The notes: generated from the sequence alone by a model not told the origin. 64,000 nucleotides of DNA from a virus (IMGVR_UViG_3300022654_000689), one strand, 5' to 3'; positions 20,701 to 30,367 are shown, counted from the stretch's first letter. A program made the numbers and translations.

Positions 20701-21757
20701 CAGCTGCTAACTCATTTAACGTATTTAAAGTTTCAGGTGCAGAATCTACTAAATTAGCAACTTCGTCTTTAACGAAAGCTTCAGTAGCTAATCCTTCTAT
20801 ACTAGGTATTTCAGGAGTATCAGTTAAATCTTTATATGACCCAGTGAAATTTGATTTTTCATCCCAAGAAGCAATTTTAGCATCATCGATTTGATCAAGA
20901 ACTGCTTTATTACTATGAGTATGTAAATCAGTTTTATCAGCTTTTGCGTCTAACATAGAAACGTCAGCTTTAGCATCAAGCATTGATATATCGGCTTTAG
21001 CGTCTAATGCAGTTTTATCAGCTTTAAGATCTACTGCATCTTGAGTAGCTAATCCTTCTATAGATGGTATTTCAGGTAAGTTTTCTAAGCTGTTATAGTC
21101 ACCATCGAAATCTGATTTTGCATCCCATAATGCCATTCTAGCAGCATCTATTTTGTCAAGATCATCTTTATTAGCGTGTTGATGTAGTTCAGTTCTATCA
21201 GCTTTATAACTTAATTCATCTTTAGTTGCATATCCAGATAAATCTACTTCTTGATCTCCACCATTTAATTCAGCTTCAGCTATTGCATTTCTAACGAAAG
21301 TTTCAGTAGCTAAACCATCAACTGAAGGTATTTCATCTTTAGTAGCATAGTTAGCTAATTCAGCACCTAACATTCCAGTAGTTACATGATCAACTGGCTT
21401 ACCTTGTAAGTCTTCATAATTTCCACTGAAGTTAGATTTTGCATTCCAAGATTCTATATGATCTTGAGTAATTTGGTCTAATACATCTTTATTATCGTGT
21501 TCGTGTGAATCTCCAGCAGCGGTTTCTCCCCCACCTACACCAAACTCTTTCCATTCAGTTCCATTGTATTGGTATGTCTTATCTTCACTGATTACGTATA
21601 CAATTAACCCTGGATAAGCACGGTTACCTGTAACATGAGCGTCACGTTCTTCTATAGTATTAGCTACTAAACGTGCGTCTAATGGTGCTTTAGCACCTAG
21701 ATCAAATCCAGATGCTAAAGGAATTCCCCTACCAAAGAAAGTGTTATTATCTGCCAT
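17771..21757 (-). CDS. Long repeat-shaft fibre protein
   Basis: Many KADK.DLHxHxNK.VLD.I....I..W..KS.FSG.Y.DL..KP.IPSIEGLA repeats, two APETLNTLNELAAAL motifs, and an N-terminal PLDAR...YPGLIVYV module. Confidence 0.8.
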   Translation of the reverse strand: MADNNTFFGRGIPLASGFDLGAKAPLDARLVANTIEERDAHVTGNRAYPGLIVYVISEDKTYQYNGTEWKEFGVGGGETAAGDSHEHDNKDVLDQITQDHIESWNAKSNFSGNYEDLQGKPVDHVTTGMLGAELANYATKDEIPSVDGLATETFVRNAIAEAELNGGDQEVDLSGYATKDELSYKADRTELHQHANKDDLDKIDAARMALWDAKSDFDGDYNSLENLPEIPSIEGLATQDAVDLKADKTALDAKADISMLDAKADVSMLDAKADKTDLHTHSNKAVLDQIDDAKIASWDEKSNFTGSYKDLTDTPEIPSIEGLATEAFVKDEVANLVDSAPETLNTLNELAAALKDDASFATTVSNQIGLKADKTDLDGKVDKIEGKSLVDDEEIERLSKVDNYDDSEIREALNAKVEQNDLVGFATKEEVNAKANQTDVDNALGLKADKTDLHTHNNKAVLDKIDDAKIAAWDEKSEFSGSYNDLTDKPEIPSIEGLAKSTDLEPLAKSEDVNQALALKADKSELHNHENADALAQINQDQIDAWNAKSNFSGKYEDLEGKPTDHVTTGMLSTELESYASKEYVTEEIAKAKLEGEEVDLSGFVTDSELADAIRPLANQADVDATLALKADKSELHNHENKEALDGINAEKIAAWDNKAEADHNHDEDYAAKADLDGKVDKVEGKSLIADTEIARLAELQNYDDSELRELIDGKANSGDLHSHANKAVLDNIDAAKVAAWDSKSEFSGSYTDLTDTPEIPSIEGLAKSTDLEPLAKKEDVDQALSLKADKTDLHEHENKDALDQINQDLIDSWNAKSNFSGKYEDLEGKPTDHVTTGMLSTELDNYGTKGYIDEAIQKAQLESDGANLEIFVTDEELSTAIKDKANTTDVDNALQLKADKTDLHEHANKDLLDALTAEKITAWDNKAAGDHNHDEDYAAKADLDKKVDKLEGKSLVADTEIARLAELQNYDDTDVKNRLVALEADTHEHANKQVLDNIDAAKVAAWDEKSEFSGSYNDLEDLPVLFSGSFNDLSDVPEEIVMVDEMNTALDVKADKADLDLKVDKVEGKSLVADTEIARLANVDNYDDTDVKERLETLEADTHEHANKQVLDGIDAAKVAAWDSKSEFSGSYNELTEKPDLTVYETKEEVSKKANQSDVDAALELKADKTDLHTHANKEVLDNINADRVTLWDNKATTEYVDTKIGDLVGQAPDTLNALNELAQALGNDPNFATTMTNTLATKADKTDLEGLATENYVNNKITEAQLPGGSLDMTGLATKDELQELENLLATKADVPAKDPAYPTLTLYYITAVPTKDTTVYPDLDI

Positions 21758-21776
21758 TTAATTCCATCTCCCTTTC

Positions 21777-22895
21777 TTAGTATTTAAATGTCATATTGAA
21801 GTTAGTATTTGTATTAGCTCCATTAGCATATACATAATATGCTTGAGCTGTTCCATCTAAACCTACTACAGAAACTTCAGTTCTAGTGAAAGTTCCTATT
21901 TGTTCGAATCCATTAGGGTCTAATATTGATTTTAGAACACCATAAGATTTAGGATAAGCTATAACCATACGTTGATTGTCTGATGTAAATGAATATGTTT
22001 TATTACCTTTTGCAACAACTTGTTTAGTTAGTCCTTTAACTACGTCAGCTGTTATTTCAACACCATCTGCAACTACTCCATAATAATATGGATAATAGAA
22101 ATTAAGAGCTACAGTATTAGCTGTAACTGATTTTCCACTTGCATCAGTTGCTACAACTTTAAAGTAACTAGTTGACGCAGTTTTAATAACTTGTTGAGCT
22201 GGATCGAATTCGTGTACAAAACTACCACCACCTGCAACGTCTTCAGTTACTTCTTCAACAACCGCATTATTTACATAAAATTTAACACTAGTTATATTTT
22301 CTGATTTTTTAATAACATTTGCAGTTATTCTGCTAACTTCAATAGTTTGACCAAATTCATATACTCCACCAGTTGGAGTGTATCCTAATGATGCAGATAC
22401 AGTTGGCTGAACGTAAGGATATAATAATTTAGTTAAAACTTGTTGTATTGACATACCATTTAAATCAGTTCCGGCTGGTATTCCGCCTAACGCAGATACA
22501 GTTTTCATATCAGCTTTGAATACATCATTTTCAGCAACTTCTTCTAGTTCTTCTTTAGTTGCTAATCCAGATATATCAACACTTCCTCCGCCTACTCCAG
22601 CTTCAGCTATCGCGTCTTCAACAAACTCTTTAGTTACATATGGCAATTCTTGATACGTATCAACTAAAGCATTTTTTATAGTAGATAAACCAGATTTACC
22701 ATCTTTCAATGTTAATACTTCAAATCTTTTGCCAGTATCTTTAACATATACAATCATACCAATATATGGTTTTGGTATTGACATAATATCTGCTTCTGTT
22801 TCTACTCTACATCTAACGTCTAAAGGTGTATCAGTAGTAGATGGTTTAAAACCGCCTTTAGATGCTGATGCATTAAGATTAAAATCTGTAGCCAT
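21777..22895 (-). CDS. Fibre connector protein with probable Ig-like domain
   Basis: N-terminal MATDFNLN..ASKGGFKPS.TDTPLD.RCRVETE module; LGGIPAGT...LLYPYVQPT; C-terminal YYPYYYG...YYVY domain. Confidence 0.7.
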   Translation of the reverse strand: MATDFNLNASASKGGFKPSTTDTPLDVRCRVETEADIMSIPKPYIGMIVYVKDTGKRFEVLTLKDGKSGLSTIKNALVDTYQELPYVTKEFVEDAIAEAGVGGGSVDISGLATKEELEEVAENDVFKADMKTVSALGGIPAGTDLNGMSIQQVLTKLLYPYVQPTVSASLGYTPTGGVYEFGQTIEVSRITANVIKKSENITSVKFYVNNAVVEEVTEDVAGGGSFVHEFDPAQQVIKTASTSYFKVVATDASGKSVTANTVALNFYYPYYYGVVADGVEITADVVKGLTKQVVAKGNKTYSFTSDNQRMVIAYPKSYGVLKSILDPNGFEQIGTFTRTEVSVVGLDGTAQAYYVYANGANTNTNFNMTFKY

Positions 22896-22918
22896 TAATT
22901 ATCAACTCCTTTTTTAAA

Positions 22919-24412
22919 TTAATTTTCATCGATGTGGATTGTATAATTTGCTCCACCATTAGTATCATACATTCCTGATAGTCTATATTTGATACCGTCT
23001 ATTTCATTTACTAATTCAACATTGTCTAATGATAACCCAGACACTGTATCAAATTCTGTGAAACTACATTTTTTACCATTACCTTCATCCATTGAAGCTA
23101 CTAAAGTACTATCTACAGGTAATATTACACATATAAATCCATTAGCTGGTACTTCTAACTCAACAGAACCTACAGCTTCAGGTTCAGCTTCTATTAATGA
23201 TCCATTATCTATACCAAATTTCATTATATCATAAGTCATATTTCCATTTATATGATTAGTTTCAGAGAATCCAGCAACTCCAGTTTCATCGTATGGTATA
23301 TATCCATACCACATTTTTGAATTAGCAGGGCCAGCCATAACAGGATAACACTTAGGTAAATTGAATATTACTGTTATATTAGGGAATTCTCCTACCATTT
23401 CAACTGAAGGTTCAAATCCATTTTCAATCATATTTACTTGGAATTGATAATTAGCACCATTAATAACTCCATCTTGAGTTATTTGAATATTAGAACCTGC
23501 TTTAACACCACCTAATTCTTCATTAGTAGCAACTGGAAGTTCATAATTGTCAACGTTAGCTAATCTTTCTATTTCAGCATCATCTACAAGAGATTTTCCT
23601 TCTACTTTATCTACTTTAGCACCTAGTCCTTCATTAACAAAGTTTTCAGTAGCTAGTCCTTCTATAGATGGTATTTCAGGTTTATTAGTTAAATCATTGT
23701 AATCTTTACTAAATAATTCTGATTTATCAGCTTTATTAGCTAATATTCCTCTTATTTCAGCGTCATCATAATTGTCAACGTTAGCTAATCTTGCTATTTC
23801 AGCATCATCAACAAGAGATTTACCTTCCACTTTATCTACTTTGTTAGTTAACCCTTCATTAACAAAGTTTTCGCTAGCTAAACCTTCTATACTAGGTATT
23901 TCAGGTTTATTAACTAAGTCATTATAATCTTTATTGAATAATTCAGATTTATCAGCTTTATTAGCTAATATTCCTCTTATTTCAGCGTCATCATAGTTAT
24001 CAACATCTGCTAATCTTGCTATTTCAGCATCATCAATTAATGATTTACCTTCTGCCTTATCTACTTTGTTAGCTAACCCTTCATTAACAAAGTTTTCAGT
24101 AGCTAATCCTTCTATATTAGGTATTTCAGGCTTATCAGCTAAGTCATTATAAGAAACTATTAATTCTCTATATTCATTAACTGCAGCGTTTTTAACAACA
24201 GATAATCCAGCTTTAATATCTTTTAATGATAATACTTCAAATCTTTTACCAGTATCTTTAACATATATTACCATACCAATATATGGTTTTGGTATTGACA
24301 TAATGTCTGCTTCTGTTTCTACTCTACATCTAATATCCAAAGGTGTATCAGTAGAGGACGGTTTAAAACCGCCCTTAGAAGCAGATGAGTTAAGATTAAA
24401 ATCTGTAGCCAT
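22919..24412 (-). CDS. Fibre protein
   Basis: N-terminus near-identical to 21777-22895; shaft KVDKVEGKSLVDDAEIARL repeats; YELPVAT.EELGGVK motif; C-terminus near-identical to that of 24441-27899. Confidence 0.75.
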   Translation of the reverse strand: MATDFNLNSSASKGGFKPSSTDTPLDIRCRVETEADIMSIPKPYIGMVIYVKDTGKRFEVLSLKDIKAGLSVVKNAAVNEYRELIVSYNDLADKPEIPNIEGLATENFVNEGLANKVDKAEGKSLIDDAEIARLADVDNYDDAEIRGILANKADKSELFNKDYNDLVNKPEIPSIEGLASENFVNEGLTNKVDKVEGKSLVDDAEIARLANVDNYDDAEIRGILANKADKSELFSKDYNDLTNKPEIPSIEGLATENFVNEGLGAKVDKVEGKSLVDDAEIERLANVDNYELPVATNEELGGVKAGSNIQITQDGVINGANYQFQVNMIENGFEPSVEMVGEFPNITVIFNLPKCYPVMAGPANSKMWYGYIPYDETGVAGFSETNHINGNMTYDIMKFGIDNGSLIEAEPEAVGSVELEVPANGFICVILPVDSTLVASMDEGNGKKCSFTEFDTVSGLSLDNVELVNEIDGIKYRLSGMYDTNGGANYTIHIDEN

Positions 24413-24440
24413 TATAACATCCCCTTCTTATTATATTAAA

Positions 24441-27400
24441 TTATTTTTCTTGAACATAAATTGTATATCTTGCTCCACCATTAGTATCATACATTCCTGA
24501 AAGTTTATATGTAACACCATTTATTTTGTTAACTAGTGTACGATCATCTAATGATAATCCAGAAACTGTATCAAAGTCACTAAATGTTCCAGCATTTCCT
24601 ATACCATCATCTATAAGTCCTATTAAATTACTATCTAATGGTAGTATTGTACATAAGAAACCATTTGCTCCTACTAAAAATTCTGTAGCTCCTAAAACTC
24701 CTGGTTCAGCTTCAATTAAAGTTCCATTGTCTATACCGAATTTCATTATATCATAAGTCATATTTTCATTTATATGATCTACTTCAGAGAATCCTGCTAC
24801 TCCACTTTCGTCATATGGTATCCATCCATACCACATTTTTGGAGTCCCTGGTTCTTCCTCTTCTCCTTCTCCACCGCCTTCAACAACGCTTCCAGCAGGT
24901 ATGTTAAATACAACAGTAATATTTGGATAATCTCCTTGCATAGAAACAGATGCAGCTTCTCCAGCAGCTATCATATTAATTTTGAATTGATAGTTTGCAT
25001 TGAATACTCCAGCTAGTCTTTCTATTTCAGCATCATCTACAAGAGATTTATTTTCAACTTTATCTACTTTACCAGATATATCAACTTGAGGATGTTCTAT
25101 TGCAGCTATTTGTTGATTAACGAATTCTTCACTAGCTAATCCTTCAACAGATGGTATTTCAGACTTATCAGCTTTATCAGCTATCATTTCTCTTAATTCA
25201 GAATCATCATAAGCTAAATCTTCGTCAACTGGTCTTTCTACTTTTTCTAACATAGAAATATCACCATTGTTGACAACACAGTCCATTATAGAACCTTTAA
25301 CGTCTTCAGCAATCATTTCAACTCCATTGTCAGTACCAAATTTGAAATTATTAACTGTTCCTCCGTTTAATTCTACAAATCCGTCTTCTATTATACCATT
25401 AACAGTAGCGTCTTCAGTTTCTCCACCGAAGTATAGATTTTGAACAATACCGTCATTTAATACAAATCTAGCTTTGAATACAACACCTCTGTTTGTTGAT
25501 TGAGCTACTTTAACAGAACCTCCGTTTAGAACTATTTCAGCATTTCTTGTCATACCATTAGAACCACCAGCTGTTACCCAACCGATTTCACAATTGTTAA
25601 ATTCTGCATAAACATCATCTGCAACACCATTTCCTTGTGATCCACCGAAGAATGTAGAAGATATTTTACAATTAGTCATTTTAATATTTATATCGTCTAC
25701 TACGTTCATTCTAGTTGCTTTACCGTTAACAGATGCACCACACCAACCAGCACCCATAACAGAAACAAATTCGCAGTTTTCAGCTTCCATGTTAACATGG
25801 CCTACCATACCTTCGAAATAGCATCCACCAACTAAACCTTTGATTTTAACATCTCTAACAATCATATTAGTTTGAGGTATGGAACGTCTAGCTCCAATAT
25901 TTCTATCTCCAAAACCACCAACTAAATAAACTTTAGCAGCTTCTTCTTTTTCAACTACTATAGCTTCAAATCCTTCCGCCCATCTATAAACGAATGCTAC
26001 TGCATCTTCAGGTTTTTCAGCATCATACTTATGTCCTATATTAGGTTCAACTGTCATTGGTTGACCACAAGCAAATAAGAATTTACTAGTTGGATACGCT
26101 GCAACATCAGTTAGATAAGGTTTTTCTTCATCTATTAATACTCTCAATTCAGAATCATCATAGTTATCAACATTTGCTAGTCTAGCTATTTCTTCATCAG
26201 CTACTAGTGATTTCCCTTCAACTTTATCTACTTTAGCATCTAAATCTTCTTTAGTAGCAAAACCTGACAAATCAATTCCTTCACCGTTTTCGCCGCCACC
26301 TAATTGAGCTTCAGCTATTTTTTGATTAACAAAATCTTCACTAGCTAGTCCATCTATAGATGGTATTTCAGGTTTGTTAACTAAGTCATTATAATCTTTA
26401 CTGAATAGTTCGTCTTTTCCAGCTTTACCATCTATCATTTCTCTTAATTCAGTATCATCGTAATTATCTACATTAGCTAGTCTAGCTATTTCAGCGTCGT
26501 CAACTAAAGATTTACCTTCTACTTTATCTACTTTATTATCAATTAATCCTCTTAATTCAGCATCATCGTAATTTTTAAATTGATCTAAATCATCTTTAGT
26601 AGCTAAATTACTTAAATCAGGAACTTTATATAGTTCAGGACGAATTAAATTATCATCACCAAATATATGAATTCCTTGGACTGCATTATTTATTTTATCT
26701 CTTACAGCTTGATGAAGATCTTCTTCAGGAATTCCATCATCAGGTTTGTTATATTTTGCATTCCATATGTCTCTTTCACCTGAAAGAACATGAGCATCGT
26801 TGTCGTCTCTATGAATTCCCCATTCGTTATTTATGAAATCTTCATAATCTTCTTTTGATACATAATCACCTGATATACTTCCTTCTCTTTCAGGTAATAA
26901 TTCATCTCTCACCTTACCAGATAAAGGATCAACTATATCGCTAAATGGGAATATTTTAGCCATTTCATCTTTTATGTCATTTCCTAAATGAGAAAATTTT
27001 AAACCGTCAGCAGGCATATCAAATTTATTATCCCATTCAATTATTTTAGCATCATTTATTGTATCTAATAGTGCTTTATTTTCATGAACATGGAAATCAG
27101 TCTTATCAGCCTTTTCAGATATAAGATCTCTTAATAAAGAATCGTCATAGTTATCAACATTTGCTAGTCTAGCTATTTCAGCGTCGTCAACTAAAGATTT
27201 ACCTTCTACTTTATCTACTTTATTAGCTAATTCGTCTTTAGTAGCTAATCCTGATAGATCTATTTCTTGGTCTCCACCACCTAATTCAGCTTCAGCTATA
27301 GCATTTCTAACAAAATTTTCAGTAGCTAAACCTTCTATAGAAGGTATTTCTGATTTATCTGCTTTAAGAGCAAGTTTAGCATCTATAACCGCTAATTCTT

Positions 27401-27899
27401 CAGGATCGACTCCCCCAATTTTCTTTAACTCTTCTTGTACATATTTTTTACTAGCAAATTCCTCAACATTAACAATAACATCTAAGAAATTACCATTAAG
27501 AGTTATTATCTGTTTCATATCTTTTAATACTACTTCAAATCCGTCAGCTGAGATATTAAATACAAACATTACTTGGTCATTTATTCCAAAACAAACAACT
27601 TCAATTCTGTCATTATTATTTTCGGCAAGTCCTCTACCAATGTTTAATATTCTAGCTAAATTTGGATTAATATCAGTATATCCGAATATTTTTCCATCTT
27701 TTAATTGAAAATCTTCTTTGAAATCAACAGTTATATAATTATAAATTGCATTTTTTACGCCATCATTATCTAATAGTTTAAATGAATCTTCATAAACTAC
27801 ATAGCTGTCTCTAATTATTTCTAAATAGTTTTCCATATTAATTTTACCTAATAACGCATTAATTTCGTCACCAGTATAATGAATGTTATAGTAATTCAA
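24441..27899 (-). CDS. Large fibre protein with Gly-rich beta-helix-like domain
   Basis: N-terminal YTGDEINALL motif, shaft repeats, repeated (L/V/F)xGG motifs at ~aa 660-870, and a C-terminal KMWYGWIPYDE...YDTNGG domain. Confidence 0.75.
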   Translation of the reverse strand: MNYYNIHYTGDEINALLGKINMENYLEIIRDSYVVYEDSFKLLDNDGVKNAIYNYITVDFKEDFQLKDGKIFGYTDINPNLARILNIGRGLAENNNDRIEVVCFGINDQVMFVFNISADGFEVVLKDMKQIITLNGNFLDVIVNVEEFASKKYVQEELKKIGGVDPEELAVIDAKLALKADKSEIPSIEGLATENFVRNAIAEAELGGGDQEIDLSGLATKDELANKVDKVEGKSLVDDAEIARLANVDNYDDSLLRDLISEKADKTDFHVHENKALLDTINDAKIIEWDNKFDMPADGLKFSHLGNDIKDEMAKIFPFSDIVDPLSGKVRDELLPEREGSISGDYVSKEDYEDFINNEWGIHRDDNDAHVLSGERDIWNAKYNKPDDGIPEEDLHQAVRDKINNAVQGIHIFGDDNLIRPELYKVPDLSNLATKDDLDQFKNYDDAELRGLIDNKVDKVEGKSLVDDAEIARLANVDNYDDTELREMIDGKAGKDELFSKDYNDLVNKPEIPSIDGLASEDFVNQKIAEAQLGGGENGEGIDLSGFATKEDLDAKVDKVEGKSLVADEEIARLANVDNYDDSELRVLIDEEKPYLTDVAAYPTSKFLFACGQPMTVEPNIGHKYDAEKPEDAVAFVYRWAEGFEAIVVEKEEAAKVYLVGGFGDRNIGARRSIPQTNMIVRDVKIKGLVGGCYFEGMVGHVNMEAENCEFVSVMGAGWCGASVNGKATRMNVVDDINIKMTNCKISSTFFGGSQGNGVADDVYAEFNNCEIGWVTAGGSNGMTRNAEIVLNGGSVKVAQSTNRGVVFKARFVLNDGIVQNLYFGGETEDATVNGIIEDGFVELNGGTVNNFKFGTDNGVEMIAEDVKGSIMDCVVNNGDISMLEKVERPVDEDLAYDDSELREMIADKADKSEIPSVEGLASEEFVNQQIAAIEHPQVDISGKVDKVENKSLVDDAEIERLAGVFNANYQFKINMIAAGEAASVSMQGDYPNITVVFNIPAGSVVEGGGEGEEEEPGTPKMWYGWIPYDESGVAGFSEVDHINENMTYDIMKFGIDNGTLIEAEPGVLGATEFLVGANGFLCTILPLDSNLIGLIDDGIGNAGTFSDFDTVSGLSLDDRTLVNKINGVTYKLSGMYDTNGGARYTIYVQEK

Positions 27900-27934
27900 A
27901 TTCTTCTCCTCCTTTATTTATTTGATATGACGCA

Positions 27935-27946
27935 TAAATATTTGTT
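27935..27946 (-). promoter_or_regulatory. AR9-type late promoter AACA-N6-TA (head of fibre cluster)
   Basis: AACAaatattTA about 35 nt upstream of the start. The same motif occurs on the minus strand at 8358, 9939, 11375, 15122, 17719, 40154, 41167 and 48694. Confidence 0.75.
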
Positions 27947-28012
27947 CACTGATGATTGATTTGAACGCCGATTTATATTGTCATAAATTTTTTAAATACA
28001 AATTAACAATAC

Positions 28013-28036
28013 TTTTATATGCATATTATAATAATG
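28013..28036 (+). promoter_or_regulatory. Early-type promoter TTTT-N5-CATATTAT-N5-TG
   Basis: Same motif at 31269, 33421, 49381, 53206, 56143 and 60620 (+), with a variant at 42969-42993 (-). Confidence 0.7.
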
Positions 28037-28072
28037 GTAATAGATTATATTTAAATTTAGGAGGTAGATATA

Positions 28073-30355
28073 ATGGCTAAGAAAGAACAATTAAATTCAC
28101 AAGTGTATAATGACGATTCGATTAATGTATTACAAGGATTAGAAGGTATAAGACAACGCTTTCACATGTATGTGGGTTCACAGCCGATATTCCATTGTCT
28201 AAAAGAAGTATTAGATAACAGTATAGATGAGGTTATGAATGGGTATGCAGATTTAATTACAGTTAATATAGATACTAAAAAGAATAAAGCAATTATACAA
28301 GATAATGGTAGAGGATTACCGAATGGACATAATAAAAAAATTAATAAGAATAATATTGAGATATTACACTGTATGCTCCATTCTGGTGCTAAATTCGATG
28401 GTAATAAAGAATTTAAAACTTCAGGTGGACAAAATGGTGTTGGTTTAAAAGCTTTATGTGCATTAACTAAGTACCTTAAAGTTACATCTGAAAGAGATGA
28501 TAATACTAGACGATATATGGAATTCAGTAAAGGTAAAGCAACATCAGAAGCAATAGACGAAAAGATTACAGGCAAAACTGGTACTAGAACCGAATTTATA
28601 CCAGATAAAGATTTACTTGGAGAGTTAGCTATATTTAATGTAGATCAAATTAAAGAAACTTGCAAATTAAGATGTTATCTTAATAAAGGGCTAAAGATAC
28701 AATTAGTCATAGATAATGCTCAACCGATTGAATATTACGCTGAAGAAGGTTTAGTTGACTATATAAATGATTTAATAGATAAACCATTATATAACGCTGA
28801 ATCTGTATATATGTCAGGAGAATTTGATGGAAATCAATATGAATTAGCATTTAATTTTGAAAACTCTACAGAAGAGAATATACAAGGTTTCTGTAATAGT
28901 ATAATACTAAGTAGAGGTACTCATGAAACTGGTTTCAGAAGAGCTATGACTACATTCTTTAGTAATTATATTAAAGAAAAAGGATTGTTAAGTAAAAAAG
29001 ATGAAAAGTTAGATATCAAAGGTGAAGATATTCGTAAAGGCGTTAGATGTATAATCAATATGAAAATTGATTCTCCAAGTTACCAGGGTCAAACAAAGGA
29101 TGAACTAACTAATAAAGAAGTTGTAGGTCATATCATATCATTATTAAATGCAAATTTATCAACATGGGCAGCTGAAAACGAAGGATTAATGAAAAAATTA
29201 TGTACTCGTATAATCCAATTTGCTAGAGCTACCGAAAACATCAAAAAGCAACAAGATAAGATAATAAAAGGTTCTACTACTTCGTTAATGACACTATCTG
29301 ATAAATTTATAGATTGTGTAACTGAAGATCCTGATAAAGCTGAGTTATTTATCGTTGAGGGGAAATCGGCTTCAGGCAGTGTCAAGAGAGGTAGAGACGC
29401 TGATTTCCAAGCAATATACGCATTAAAAGGTAAAATTCTTAATACAGTAGGGTCTTCAAGTAAAACTATAATGGCAAATCAAGAGATATCCGAATTGATA
29501 CAAATCCTATTTGGAGTTAGTAATTTTAAGGATATTAATATAGATAAAATTAAATTTAAGAAAGTAATTATTCTTAGTGATGCTGATGATGATGGAAATC
29601 ACATAGCTTCATTAGTAACATCTTTCTTTTTAGAACATTTACCTGAAGTTATAGAAAGAGGTTATTTATATATAGGAGTTGCACCTTTGTATAGAATAAC
29701 TTTAAGCAAAGATAAATTTAAGTATTTTAAAAATGATAGAGAATATAATACATTTAAAGTTAAGTATTTAGAAGAAAAATTTATAATAGGTAAATGTAAT
29801 ATTGATATGAATCATATTGTAAGTAACACTGATCAATTTTTAGAATTAGCTAATATAATAAGAGTCAAGTATAATATCAATAATGATATAATAAGCATAT
29901 TTATGCGTCAATCTTTAGAAGAAGCTTTAACAGAATGTGTAGACTTGGGATTAGAAGTTAATGGAAATTATATACAAGGATTATACGAAGATATTTGGAT
30001 AGATTTAACAGCGGATGAAGAATTTAAAAAAGATATACAAACACTTAGAAGCATTATGAATGAAGAAACAACGATAATATTTGGAGATATTGTTGAACAA
30101 GAAGAGTATGAATGTGACATACTTGATCTGGTGTTACATCTAGAAGACTCATTTAAATTTACTCGCTATCGCTATAAAGGTCTTGGGGAGTGCAACCCAG
30201 ACGAACTAGCTGCAACAACGCTAGAACCTAATAAAAGAGATCTACTTCAAGTAACTATGGAAGAATTAGAGTCTGCTAGAGAAGTTAGTAAATTATTCTT
30301 CGGAAACAATGCAGATAATCGTAAAGTGTTTATACAAGATAATATATGTAACTAA
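28073..30355 (+). CDS. gyrB: Type IIA topoisomerase / DNA gyrase B subunit
   Basis: SINVLQGLEGIRQR.HMYVG, EVLDNSIDE, DNGRGLP, SGGQNGVG, LFIVEGKSA, LKGKILN, DADDDGNHI and RYKGLGE motifs. Confidence 0.95.
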   Translation: MAKKEQLNSQVYNDDSINVLQGLEGIRQRFHMYVGSQPIFHCLKEVLDNSIDEVMNGYADLITVNIDTKKNKAIIQDNGRGLPNGHNKKINKNNIEILHCMLHSGAKFDGNKEFKTSGGQNGVGLKALCALTKYLKVTSERDDNTRRYMEFSKGKATSEAIDEKITGKTGTRTEFIPDKDLLGELAIFNVDQIKETCKLRCYLNKGLKIQLVIDNAQPIEYYAEEGLVDYINDLIDKPLYNAESVYMSGEFDGNQYELAFNFENSTEENIQGFCNSIILSRGTHETGFRRAMTTFFSNYIKEKGLLSKKDEKLDIKGEDIRKGVRCIINMKIDSPSYQGQTKDELTNKEVVGHIISLLNANLSTWAAENEGLMKKLCTRIIQFARATENIKKQQDKIIKGSTTSLMTLSDKFIDCVTEDPDKAELFIVEGKSASGSVKRGRDADFQAIYALKGKILNTVGSSSKTIMANQEISELIQILFGVSNFKDINIDKIKFKKVIILSDADDDGNHIASLVTSFFLEHLPEVIERGYLYIGVAPLYRITLSKDKFKYFKNDREYNTFKVKYLEEKFIIGKCNIDMNHIVSNTDQFLELANIIRVKYNINNDIISIFMRQSLEEALTECVDLGLEVNGNYIQGLYEDIWIDLTADEEFKKDIQTLRSIMNEETTIIFGDIVEQEEYECDILDLVLHLEDSFKFTRYRYKGLGECNPDELAATTLEPNKRDLLQVTMEELESAREVSKLFFGNNADNRKVFIQDNICN

Positions 30356-30367
30356 GGGGACAATTTA

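Noticed and set aside
151-25016. Short plus-strand ORFs in the left half (e.g. 151-510, 10837-11190, 13505-13747)
   Set aside because: Antisense shadows of well-supported minus-strand genes, with no RBS or motifs.
1-27899. Many nucleotide repeats as a possible CRISPR array or DGR template/variable repeat
   Set aside because: The repeats are in-frame protein repeats without unique spacers. No reverse transcriptase is present and no adenine-specific mismatch pattern was evident by eye.
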